Shown one piece after another: positions 13,632 through 24,837 of a stretch of 64,000 bases of DNA (within the stretch, counting starts at the first letter, position 1; each line of letters begins with the position of its first letter). Source of the DNA: Halocafeteria seosinensis (taxonomy: Eukaryota); NCBI GenBank assembly GCA_001687465.1, contig LVLI01000522.1, forward strand, positions 1 to 64,000, in the 5' to 3' direction. The position numbers and the translations under genes are program-made. The notes beneath the pieces were generated by a model, which had not been told where the DNA came from, did no database searches, and worked only from the letters and a program-made list of their open reading frames with translations.

Positions 13632-13977
13632 GGTTCCCTAGCATGTCGTTTCTTTGTGCACAGCCGTTTTTGCTGTATGTATGGCTGCGCGCATCAACAC
13701 CGGCAGACAGCCCCAGACGACAACATTTGAATTGCGATGGAGCTCGCTGTGAAGGTGGCGATAAAAGTTACAGCAAAACTTCAACTTTTTGCAGAACATG
13801 CGAGTTCGACGGCAGCTGACGAGAGAAATCTAACGTTGTGTGATTGAAGAGAAGTCAAAGCGGACTCTTATGTTAACGCCGATCAACCCAGTTGGTGATT
13901 TCATTCTATCAGCTCCCGTAATTTGTTTGATTTGCTCTTTGGAAGTAGCGAGACTCGAAGAACAACCAGAGAGAAAA

Positions 13978-14813
13978 ATGGCTCTTAATGACAGCATGGT
14001 TAACATTGCACTGAACCGGGATCATGGTTTCGTAAGTATTTTTTCTTTGATTTTATTTATAGGCCGTCCGTTTGCCTTAATGTGAAATCTTGTGTGGGGC
14101 GTTCTTCTTGGTGGTAATGGCAGGTCTTCCTGGCATCCGCTGGAATTGCTTTTCATGCACAATTGAGCGCTCTAGGTGTCGCCAAGGCTCGTGCAAAAAC
14201 GTTCGGATCGGATGAATTCAAAAACCGCAACTTGGTCAAATCACTGACCGATGAACACAAGAAGGCCACTGGCGACAATGAGCTTCCGAAGGGTGGCTAC
14301 CCCGACCTGGGTAATGGGCGATACAGTGAAGCTCTAACATACCCAGAATGGTATGAGCTCAACAACAACCAACGGATTCACCAAAACTATCTGGAACACT
14401 TGCCTTCCATTCAAACATTCCTGGTAAGCGGAACGGCGCATCTGACCAGGCCCTCACCATACTTGATTGGTTCACATGAAACATGTGCAGCTACTGGGTG
14501 GTCTACACTATCCTAAGACGGCAGCAAGCGCAGGTGGCATCTTCATGCTTGGACGACTATTGTATGCTCACGGATACCGTAAATATGGTATGTTATTTGC
14601 TAGATTGTGCAACATGTGGCTCTCCCATATCACCTGCGGCTCTTTGCCTATCACATGGAATCAACAGGACCCAAAGGCAGGAAGCACGGACTCTACATCA
14701 GCGAGTTAGCAAACCTGCTTCTGGTGGGTCTTGCATTGTGCAGTGCTGGCAAGACCCTCGGTTGGTGTGATTTAGTACGCGGCGGTGGTTCCTCCACGGC
14801 GAGCCGAGTGTAA
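13978..14813 (+). CDS. MAPEG family microsomal glutathione S-transferase (MGST3-like), spliced
   Basis: GYPDLGNGRYSEAL.Y.EW...NNNQRIHQNYLEHLP, LLGGLHYP, GRLLYAHGY, GPKGR..G. Confidence 0.92.
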
Positions 14814-15555
14814 TCCGATGTGCTCAATAGTGGCATTCTAAACGAAAGTCGGTACAGGATGAAATAAAAACACATTTTATGTGGTCATTAAAATTGCTTC
14901 CATTTCCACGGTACCGTCGGTACGCCGAATAATGGACTTAAGGGACACTTCTGTGAATACAGCGATGGAGTAGTGACGTCATCATATGCGCGGTCACCGT
15001 ATCGGTTCCGCGTAGATGCCAGAACAAACGCTGGGTTTTCCACTTCATTGGCGTAACAGCTGCCCAAGCTCGTGATATAGATCATACATTTCTGGCTTTC
15101 CTCTATGATTCAATCGAAGTCAAAGTCAAATCCTGGATGGGCTTCACAGCCCAGAAGCTCCTTGACAATACCGTAAGTTACGATTAACAACTCGGTGCGC
15201 AGATAGCACCTAGGTTGTAGAGAATCACAACAAGCTCCACGCAGGCATGGGGGCTGCACAGCAGCTGGTGAACGCTTAGTTGGAAGTCGAGAGCTTACAG
15301 CTTAATGAGAACTCCTGGAATTCGGAATGCACAAAGTGAATCAGCACCCGAGCGTCACACAATACGTTGCGAGCTCTTCCATCATCCATAGCAACGTATG
15401 CACTGAAGCCCTTGACACACGTGGGTAAGAACAAACGAAACCTACCTTGCAATTACGAAACCACGGTTGAAAGCCACCTCCACGTCTGCGAATACCTATT
15501 GTGCTAGAGTCCGTGACTCGACTCACCTGTTCACTGACTCAGCAATCGCGGTAGA

Positions 15556-15688
15556 CGAATAACGACGTGATGATTCCCCGCATGTCACATGTTATCGTAC
15601 TGCCATACAAACTGCATGCTGCGTTCCCACTATAGTGTGGACGTGTCGAATACCGACGTGATGGTTGCCCACATGTCACTTGTCATCG
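15556..15688 (+). repeat. Two imperfect 42-bp direct repeats with a 91-bp period
   Basis: 15556-15597 cgaataacgacgtgatgattccccgcatgtcacatgttatcg versus 15647-15688 cgaataccgacgtgatggttgcccacatgtcacttgtcatcg; 36/42 identical by manual alignment. Confidence 0.85.
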
Positions 15689-15710
15689 CTATTACACATC
15701 TGACAGATAG

Positions 15711-16030
15711 ACCACCGGCCAGGAAGTCAACTTTGACCGCACCCTCTTAGCGAGGAGCGCTGCCCGACACTTTCATCCGCTACCCGCGCGAGCTCATGGT
15801 AACACTGCAACTCGCAACAGACCTACACAACATGTTGTGCACACTTTACAGTACAACACCACAAGCCCATCCGGTCTACGAGAGCCCCGTTCTCGCGCCG
15901 CAATAATTAAAATAGGGACGTATAACGTACGTTCTCTGGACATAAGAGAACCGGCTACATGCATATCGCACTGTTGAGGAACTACGAGACATCATCCACT
16001 CTAATGACTTGACATCTTGGAATCCCTGGA
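15711..16030 (+). mobile_element. Degenerate APE-endonuclease N-terminus of an RTE-like non-LTR retrotransposon
   Basis: IKIGTYNVRSL (IGTYNVRSL at 15912-15938) is followed, after a stop and frameshifts, by EELRDII...LDILGI-like residues. This matches APE motifs I and II (IGTWNVRSL...DILGIQE). Confidence 0.6.
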
Positions 16031-16979
16031 TCGGTTTTTGGTCCTATAGAGATTGGAACGATAGTGATTCTTCGTTGTAGCTGTTGTTCGTTTTGTTGCC
16101 CGTAGGCCTATACCGCTTTGCTTGCTCTCCCTACCTTGCATCCGTTTCGCGACCCGGTACACCGGCAATCGATGACAACTTGCATCGTGGCACTGTACTG
16201 GAGCACTTCAACCACTATCTCATGTTGGCCCTGTATGACAGAGTACCAAAGCCGGATTCCTACCAAGTCCCCGTCAGCATCTGGCAGTCAGACTGGCAGC
16301 GGCAGGGCCGCGGCACTGCCCCGCGCAACTTCAATCAGCTAAAAATGAACGAAAAGATTGGCGTCTACGTAAGCTCGAGGAGCCAAATCATCTTTATCCC
16401 ACCACTTAGGGAAGAAAAAGGTATGTCAAGAGCCCCATCGCCTCATCTATTCTTCGTCTTTCGATCAATGGAGTAGTATTCAATTGCGGATAGCACTTTC
16501 AAGGCGAGAAAAGCTGTGTAAAGCACTCGAAGGGCGGCTTGTGTGAAGAGAACTTAAGTACAAAAAGGGTCGGGGTCCGGCCCAAAGGGAATGACTAGGG
16601 GAAGGAAAGGCCCAGAGGACCGCCGCCCAGGGGTGACCAACTAGGGAAGTTGGTAGCTCCAATTATTGTCTATACGACAGAATACACGTGCATATCTGAG
16701 CGTGAATGGGGTTAATGACTGTGTAATGATCCTCTTGGTGGTGATTGATTGGCGTTTTTCGTTTCAAGGGGCCTCGTAGGGGCGGGCGAACCTCTAAGAG
16801 AGTCACTCGGTCATTGTGGTGCATGGGTGCATACCATAGATTCGTGTGATATTGTAAAGTTGAGGATTGTTATGCATTTCGAGTTTTTGTTTTTTTATTG
16901 ATTGCAGACCGAGGCATTGTTTCTATTGATCTCGGATATTTTTTTTGATTGTTGGTGGGCTATAGGCTGAGCACTAACC

Positions 16980-17821
16980 ATGGGAAAGAATATAAGAGGT
17001 ATGTGTGTGTTGCGAAAGGAACATATAACCATTGATACGTATACATGCCCACTGGCATCTGATACAATACAGCCCAACGTAAGGGGGCGGGGACCGTCTT
17101 CAAGTCCCATAACACCCATCGCAAGGGTGCTGCCAAGCTGAGAGCTTTGGACTACGCTGAACGTCATGGATACATTCGTGGGCTTGTAAAGGAGATTGTA
17201 CACGACTCTGGCCGTGGAGCTCCTTTGGCAAAGGTTGTGTTCCGTAATCCCTACAGATATCAGAAGGATAAGCATATGTTCATCGCCACCGAAGGCATGT
17301 ACACTGGACAGTACATCTTTTGCGGAAAGAAAGCCCAGCTGAATGTGGGCAACGTATTGCCGTTGAAGTCTCTCCCTGAGGGTTCCATTGTATGCAATGT
17401 TGAGCAATATTCTGGAGACCGTGGATGCTTAGGACGTACTTCCGGAGGTTACATCACTGTCATGGGACACAACGAAGAGACTGGCAAGAGTAAGATCAGG
17501 CTCCCTTCTGGTGCCAAGAAGACCGTAGACAGCAACTCTCGTGCAACTCTCGGTATGGTAGCTGGTGCCGGGCGTTTGGACAAGCCAATGCTTAAGGCCG
17601 GAAATGCGTACCACAAATACAAAGCCAAACGTAACGAATGGCCTAAGGTCCGTGGTGTCGCCATGAACCCCGTCGAGCATCCCCATGGTGGTGGTAACCA
17701 CCAACATATTGGTCATGCCTCGACTTGCCGCCAAGATGCTCCACCGGGTCAGAAAGCTGGACTTATTGGTGCCCGCCGGACTGGACGTCTCAGTGGAAGA
17801 AAGATCGAGAAGAACGAGTAA
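16980..17821 (+). CDS. RPL8: 60S ribosomal protein L8 (uL2), 1 intron (16999-17071)
   Basis: [19 protein letters not shown]...[12 protein letters not shown]...[25 protein letters not shown]. Confidence 0.98.
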
Positions 17822-18285
17822 GGAATGTTACGCGGACGGATTTAGTATTCTACTTCGATTTATCATATGCCTCGGTCTATTCTCTAGACTTTACCCTAAA
17901 GCAATATCACACGCACACTGTGCTGCTCACTGAACTGACTGTCTACTTTGTTACAATTCACTCCGTTTTTTTGGTTTGATGCATTTCCTGTCACTCATCA
18001 GTTTCTTATTGCTTGAATTTGCTCAGGGGGCAGTTTGGGGCCAATTTTGTTGCCCTGAACGAACTAGCACTAGCCTGTACCCGACCCGGAAATAGGGAAG
18101 GTCTACTTGCGGTGTTTGGAAGTTTAGCTCTCCCAGAATTGTTTAACCGGTGCTTGTTCGATCATAGAACCCTATATTCATCACTGCGATAGGGTACTGT
18201 TCTCTCCTAAATCTAATCATCGCATTCTAACGACCAGAATCCATCATCCGAGCACTTCTTTCTGCACAGCTAGGTAATACGAACG

Positions 18286-19173
18286 ATGGCTTCAGCTAAC
18301 CTGGACGTGTCATTGGACGACCTTGTCATCTCACATGGCGGGGGAAATCAACGAGGTGGAGGGGGTAGACAACGAGGAGGAAGAGGTGGTGGCAGAGGTA
18401 GAGGTCGAGGAAGTGGTCGCGGTGGCCGAGGTGGCGGACGAGGACCCGCTAATTTTCCAATAGGACAGAATTTCGGCGACTACAGAGGACAGAAAGGTGG
18501 TGGAAGAGGCGGACGAGCTCCCAGAGGTGGGCGTGGTGGCAGTCGAATGAGACAAGAAATGGCAAAGCCATACAGTTTCGGGCACGATGATCGTTTGACA
18601 GGAGCAGCACCAGTAGCTCCACAGCGTGAACTTCGACGCAATGACAGGGATCCTGACTTGGACAATGTGTGGGTACACGACAAGTTTTATCAAGAGGGGC
18701 CTGCACAGAGCGCTCCTCAAGGCAGAGGATCAGCGAAGCCACCGATAACGTTGGGAAAGAAAGTAGAGATTGCCAACTTGGATTCAGATATTGGAGAGGA
18801 AGAGCTCACCTCCTTGTTCGGTATGTGAACTGTTCATTCTAGTAGGAAAAGTGTAGTCTCATGGCAAGTATTTTTTGAATAACCAAATGTTGCAGAAAGG
18901 GTGGGGCCGGTGAAAAGTGCCAAGGTGCACTTTAATGCATTGGGACAACCCAAGGGAACTGCCGAGGTTGCGTTTCAAACTTTGGGCGACGCCAAAAAAG
19001 CAGTGGAAGAATTCGATCAAAGAGAGGTCAATGGTCGAGCGATAGTCGTTAAACTCATGAAGGGAGCGACTGCTACGGAGGGCCAGTCTAACGGTGATTC
19101 CCAAACGGCCAGTTCGAGGCCTGTGCGAGGTCGAGGCTCTGTTCGTGGAAGACGAGAAATTAGAATGATATGA
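18286..19173 (+). CDS. ALYREF/THOC4-like mRNA export adaptor, 2 exons
   Basis: N-terminal UBM LDVSLDDLV, RGG boxes, WVHD (WxHD) motif, and an RRM (VEIANL...KGTAEVAF...A.KAVEEF). Confidence 0.82.
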
Positions 19174-19285
19174 ACATAGCGCCCCGAATCTGCCTATGTA
19201 GCGCTACGTTTGGATTGTGATCATTAATGCCACGGGATACTACTTGGGAGGCAGCAGCACGGTCTAACAGTTAGGGAGCTATGGC

Positions 19286-20324
19286 TTAGTTGTCATGATC
19301 TATCTCCTTCAGCTTTCCTTGACGTATAAGATGGTCTACGTCTGTACGTCGTAAGGAAAGTACAGCACCTTTTTCCAATTTTACGCTGCCACGGTATGTC
19401 ATAATTTCTCCACAGTCTTCTTCCACGCTAACCTTAACATTCAGATGCTTCGGAGGTCGAAGATCCTGGCACGAGTAACGAGAATGCAAGAAGAATATAT
19501 TAGCACAAAGCCCAATTAGGTGTTACCAAGGTTAACCTACCGTCGTCAAATCTACCCCAACTTTCTGCATATACCTGTTAAGCAGTTCGGAGTATCCTTT
19601 CAAGTAGTTGTGTTCATGGACACTCATGTTGTTCCTAAGTTTTTCCGGAAGAACTGCTCCATAGTACCACCTCAGATCTTCGATCCTCCTCATCCTTTCG
19701 TTCCTGCACAGATATGTGAGCAACTACAAATATACGCGCTTATCCGTATCAGAACTTAATATGTCCACTTACAAATACGCCAACAGAAGCCGCTTGTTCC
19801 TCTTTATACTGTAGTATTGTGTTACCATACCTGCTGATACGGCAGCAATTTTTTTCTTGTTCTTTTCTCTCTGTCCTTCTTCCCTCTTGTTACTATCGAC
19901 GCCTTCTTGGTCTTCCTCGTCTTCGTGGCCACCCTGGTTGTTGTCTTCGGAAGCTGCTTCCTTTTCCAGCCTTTTTCTAGCTCTGCAGCAAACCACCCAA
20001 ACGTTGTTCATGTCACAGGCACTTCTTTATATTCCTATGGCAATAAACATACTCGACGGCATCTGTTACATCTTCATTCAGGGCTCGAATTTCCTCTATC
20101 ACGCGGCGTACCCCATCGTCCTGCAAAACGCCGTCTCATGTCATACACGCCGACATTTACATCGCGAGAAGGTCGACCCACTCCGACATGGATGCCAGGT
20201 CGTCAGTCCCTACACTCGGTCCATGACTTACATTATAGGCGTTTAAGAGCTTGGACCGATAGGTATCCAGCACCAGATCACGGGCGCATTGGCCAAATGC
20301 CGTTCCTCCTCCCGAGACAGCCAT
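19286..20324 (-). CDS. PSF1: GINS complex subunit Psf1, 5 exons
   Basis: FGQCARDLV...NAYN|DDGVRRVIEEI, SIKRNKRLLLAYL, R..RIEDLRW, S.HE..Y...YS.LL..Y, DLRPPK.L.V.V.V.EDCGEI, LRRTDVDHLIRQG.L. Confidence 0.95.
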
Positions 20325-20422
20325 CTTTATCGTAATAATCCTACTGTGTGTCAGTAGTCATAGGTCAAATATAATCAGAACATGTCTCTATCATTGCAAT
20401 TGAAGCCACATGATGGACTCAG

Positions 20423-20456
20423 AATTCAAATTCATTTGAATTTCACACAGTTCAAA
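20423..20456. promoter_or_regulatory. Cluster of three CHR-like hexamers (TTTGAA/TTCAAA) in the Psf1/RTEL1 divergent promoter
   Basis: TTCAAA 20425-20430, TTTGAA 20435-20440 and TTCAAA 20451-20456. The first two lie in a 9-bp inverted repeat, aattcaaat-tc-atttgaatt. Confidence 0.45.
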
Positions 20457-20559
20457 CGCTACTGCGAAGTTAGTTGTTTCTGCGCCTGTATGGATAGATG
20501 AAGGAAATTGGTTGATGATTTACTCTTGTCTTGGTAGTGCTTGTTCCAATAATAGAGAA

Positions 20560-23500
20560 ATGCCGTATTTAAGTGTACGGGAGGTGGACGTGGAATTCCC
20601 GTTCCAGCCGTATGAATGCCAGACTATATTCATGGAGAAGGTGGTGCAGAGTGTACAGACATGTCAAAATGCGTTATTGGAGAGTCCGACAGGTACAGGC
20701 AAAACTCTCTCGTTACTGTGTGCCGCTTTGGCGTGGAGACAAGCCTACTGTGCGGCTGTGGAGCAGGAAGACAACAAGGAGATGCTGTACACGACATCGG
20801 ACAAGCAGAATAAGGATACCAAGCGCCTCAAGGCTGCGGCTGGGACAATCAAAAAATATAATGTAGCCCCAGTGATGCCGAATGAGCACACATCAGGTGG
20901 GATAGGCTCGGTGGTGAAACAGGAGTATGGCGCCACAGTCCTTCGACGATGCAAACCCACCATTATTTATGCTTCGCGAACGCATGCTCAGATCTCCCAG
21001 GTAATTCGTCAGTTGAAACTTACAGGTTATAACCCAAAAGTTGCACTTTTAGGATCACGGGAGCAACTATGCGTCCACCCTAAAATTAGCAAGAAGCGTG
21101 GGCCTCAACTGAACCATAGTTGTCGAATGGCTTGCAAGTCGCGACAGTGCAAGTATAAGAACAACCTTACGGATTATATCAACAACGGATATTCCCCATT
21201 TAGTTTACCAAATGCATCGCTCAGAAATTCGCAATTAGTGCCACCTGGGGCTGGGGGCGAGAATGAGAAAGACGACAGTAAGACAGCTCGAACAAAACCA
21301 AAGGCAGACATTATGGATATAGAGGATCTCGGGAGCGCTGGTTCTCGACTAGAGTTTTGCCCGTATTTTGCTATGAGAGAACCTCGTACTTTGCATGAAG
21401 CAGAGTTGATTTGTATGCCCTACAATTATCTCATTGACAGCGTTTATCGAGATGGACTCTCTATTGACTGGCAAAATGCTGTCGTAATTGTAGACGAAGC
21501 TCACAATCTCGTAAGTATCGTTCAATGAAAACGCATATAGGTGGACTAATGTGATAACTTATATCGCTTCTACACAGGAATCTTCGTGTACCGAGTCTGT
21601 CTCTTTTGATCTAACAACATGGGACTTGTCCCGGTGTATGAGGGAGTTAGACGTGATACTCAGGGCACATATGGAGCATCGCGGTGACAAACCGGAAGAC
21701 TCAGAAGATGGACGATCTCTTCGGATGCATCAAGGGGATTCCATTTTACCAGACTCGGAAGAAGTAGCTATGCTAAAAACTATATTTGCTCAAATGGAAG
21801 AAGCGCTGGATGAAATGCAGTTGCCGCCCCAGACGTCCAAGGCATTCGAAGTTCCGGGGGTAGTGAAAGATGGTGTCTTTTTGTATCATTTCCTGGACAA
21901 GTAAGTAGCGCCGAGGAGCATGCTTGACTGTCTCGACTCGCTATTATCAGTTATTGGGCCGTGGTGTCAGATTCGAAATCAATTTCGAGAAGAAGGATAC
22001 GTTCTTGGACGCACTCAATCGTTCAATTGAATGGTTGAAGGATCTACAAGACTCCAATCTTGGCTCCCGTTGTCCGGAACTGCCCTCAAATGGGCAGTCA
22101 CTGAGTTTGGAAAATTTTCAAGCAATTATTCTCAAACTCTTTCGAAGTGAGGAAACGGCTGTGGAGTTCAACAATTACTACCGGTGTTTTATCCATGACG
22201 CTGAAAAGCAAAGAAACCCCACGGAGCGTAAGAGGAAAGTTCGCACATTGAGTTTCTGGTGCTTTAATTCTGGGGTGGCGCTCCACCAACTAAGTGCTCT
22301 GGAAATTCGAAATTTTATTTTCGCTAGTGGCACTCTCTCGCCCATGGACTCGTATGCTGCAGAATTTCGACTGCCATTCCCGATAAGGTTAGAAAGCCAC
22401 CACGTGATAGGCTCTGATCAACTGTTTTGTCGAGTGCTGACCCACGGACCGTCCAACACAGTTCTGAATTCCTCGTTTGCTAACCGTAACACTGTACAAT
22501 ATAAGAGAGAGCTTGCAGCATTAATTCTCAATCTGTGTATGTTCGTTCCTGAGGGAGTGTTGGCGTTCTTTCCAAGCTACACTGTGTTGGAAACTTGTGT
22601 GAAATTTTGGGAGTCCGAATGTCCTCGTTTGTGGAGCTCCCTCGGGCGCCACAAAGTGATTGTGACCGAGAAGCGGAAAGCCGATGAGGAGGAAACTACA
22701 TCCAAATGGCAGGACTCCCGGAGCACCATGCAGCCGACTGCAAATAAACAGTCCTCCCCCATCGAGCGGTACAGAACGGCAATTTCTGAGGGCAAAGGTG
22801 CTCTTCTTCTCGCAGTGTGTCGTGGGAAGCTATCAGAGGGAATGGATTTTGGAGATGCCTATGGGAGAGCGGTTATTCTTGTCGGGATACCATATCCTCC
22901 TGCTGGCGACCCCAAAGTGATCTTGAAGAAGCAGTTTATCGATGAACAGCGTAGCAAGAGCAAGGGCAGTGGCTCGGAGGTAGTACCTTTCGATGGGCGT
23001 CAATGGTATGCGTACCAAGCATCCCGCGCTGTCAATCAAGCTGTGGGGAGGGTCATACGGCACAAAGATGACTATGGTTGTATGCTTCTGTGCGATGAAC
23101 GGTTCTCGAGGAAAGGTCCCCAACAGGTTCACTTTTCGAAGTGGATATTACCGTTTATGGAAATAACCCCTAAATATCAGCAACTTGTGCAGCCATTACG
23201 TGAATTCTTGGAAAGATGTCGACAGAAAGCAATTTGGCAATCCGTGCATGCCCGCAAGAGGCATCCAATGTCTGCGATTAATGGAGTAGCAGTGGGCGGT
23301 GCGCTAGAAAATAGCGGACAACAACGCCCCAAAGAGGAAAAGTTACACACAGATTTACCTGAGGAACTTCAAGCCTATTCTGTCGGAATCAACAAGTTAA
23401 ATAAACCAGCTCCAAAAGAAGAACCGAAAACATCACAGCAAAATTGGGACTTGCTTTCAGTTGTGAGTACCAGAAAGCCGAGCCAAGACAACACCCAAAG

Positions 23501-24829
23501 AAGAGAAGTGTCTCCGCCAAAGAAAGCGAACAGAAGTTCGTTTGCCGATGATCTTATGTCAGGCTCAGGGCAAAAACCTGCGAGCGCAACCTTGGCCAGT
23601 GCTAGCACGAAGAATACCGGCTCCAGTACCGGAGAGCACAAACAGTCCCAGAGTTCCATTTCGTCGTTTTGCAACACCACAATTGCAAAAAGTGATACCC
23701 AATCTTCTGAAGGGGATCAAGCCTCGCAGGATGTCACACACCACGTTCCTCCCGGAAGCGTCCCCTCGGACTTCGCCAAGGAATACCTGAATGAGGTAAA
23801 GGAATCCCTTAAGGGTCGGATGATTGAATGCGCTCACGTTCTTCCTTCGGAGGAGAAGGCTGCTTCTAGTTTAGGAGATAAAGTGGATGCATATACCCTA
23901 TTCAAGCACGTCATGGGCAATGCCAAAAAGCTTAATTTGAGAAAACGGAAGCAGAGTCTAGTTGAATTTCTTCGACAGATAGTATCTGTTTTCGTGCTCG
24001 CCAATTCTAGGGAAGATTTGCGTTCCAAGGACTATTGGATTAGACTGTTGTATCGTTTCCTCCGGTTTCTTCCTCAGAGGTGCAGAGATATAGGCTTCGA
24101 TAACTTCCTCACATTAATCCCTGAGATAGCCAGCGATTACGTAAGCGGATCACATGTTCAATCAGTTCTGGAGAATGAGAAAAAAGAAAACATGGGCCGA
24201 AGTCCAGCAACTAAGAGGCAGCATCCAGATGAGTCGCATGAGCCTGATGCAAAGTCTAAGCTAGCGAGTAAGCACGATCTCGTAACGGGACGGCAAGGTA
24301 CACGGACTGCTTGGGATGCCCTGCCCTCTCGACATAGCACATACATCGCCAGTGAAGCGGGAACCTCAGGGGCATTCAACAAGCTGACCTGTAAATGCAG
24401 CATCTGCGGACTGACTCAGGGTGAACTGTTGCTTTCTATCCGATGTGGGCACGTATGTTGCGATTCGTGCTGGAACAGAACGATCCGTAAATCATCAAAA
24501 TGTGCTAACTGCGATGACTTTGTGAACGAAAGGTTCCTTAAGAAGATACACTTCAACAGTGTAGGCAATGCGGGGCTCAATTGCGCTGTTTGTAGCGAGT
24601 TCCGAACTAACATGGAGTGAGTAACTGCGGATGTTTATTGCCTTTGTGTACGCCTTATATAGTCTCTCTTCGATTGCGTTCCCGTGCTTTTCACAGGCTA
24701 TCCAGGAAGTGCGGACATATTTGTTGCCACACATGTTGGCAGAAGCTATTAGCAGTCAAGAACGAATGCCCCATCTGCAGAGAGCATATTCGCATGAAGT
24801 CGTTGATCCATTTAAAATTCGCCAAATAG
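20560..24829 (+). CDS. RTEL1: RTEL1-like Fe-S cluster DNA helicase (Rad3/XPD family) with two C-terminal RING fingers, 4 exons
   Basis: FPFQPYECQ, LESPTGTGKTLSLLC, YASRTHAQISQ, Fe-S cysteines (LCVH..C..C..CPY), DEAHN, SGTLSP, FFPSY, VCRGKLSEGMDF, RAVNQAVGRVIRHKDDYG. Confidence 0.88.
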
Positions 24830-24837
24830 GAAATCGC

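Noticed and set aside
15556..15688. CRISPR-like repeat-spacer-repeat
   Set aside because: Only two imperfect units, no cas genes, and a eukaryotic context.
16084..16476. 130-aa plus-strand ORF in the debris island
   Set aside because: Non-ATG start and no domain similarity I can recognise; not supportable as a gene.
16895..17734. Long antisense ORFs over RPL8, and similar shadow ORFs over other genes
   Set aside because: Expected antisense shadows of codon-biased genes, with no independent motifs.
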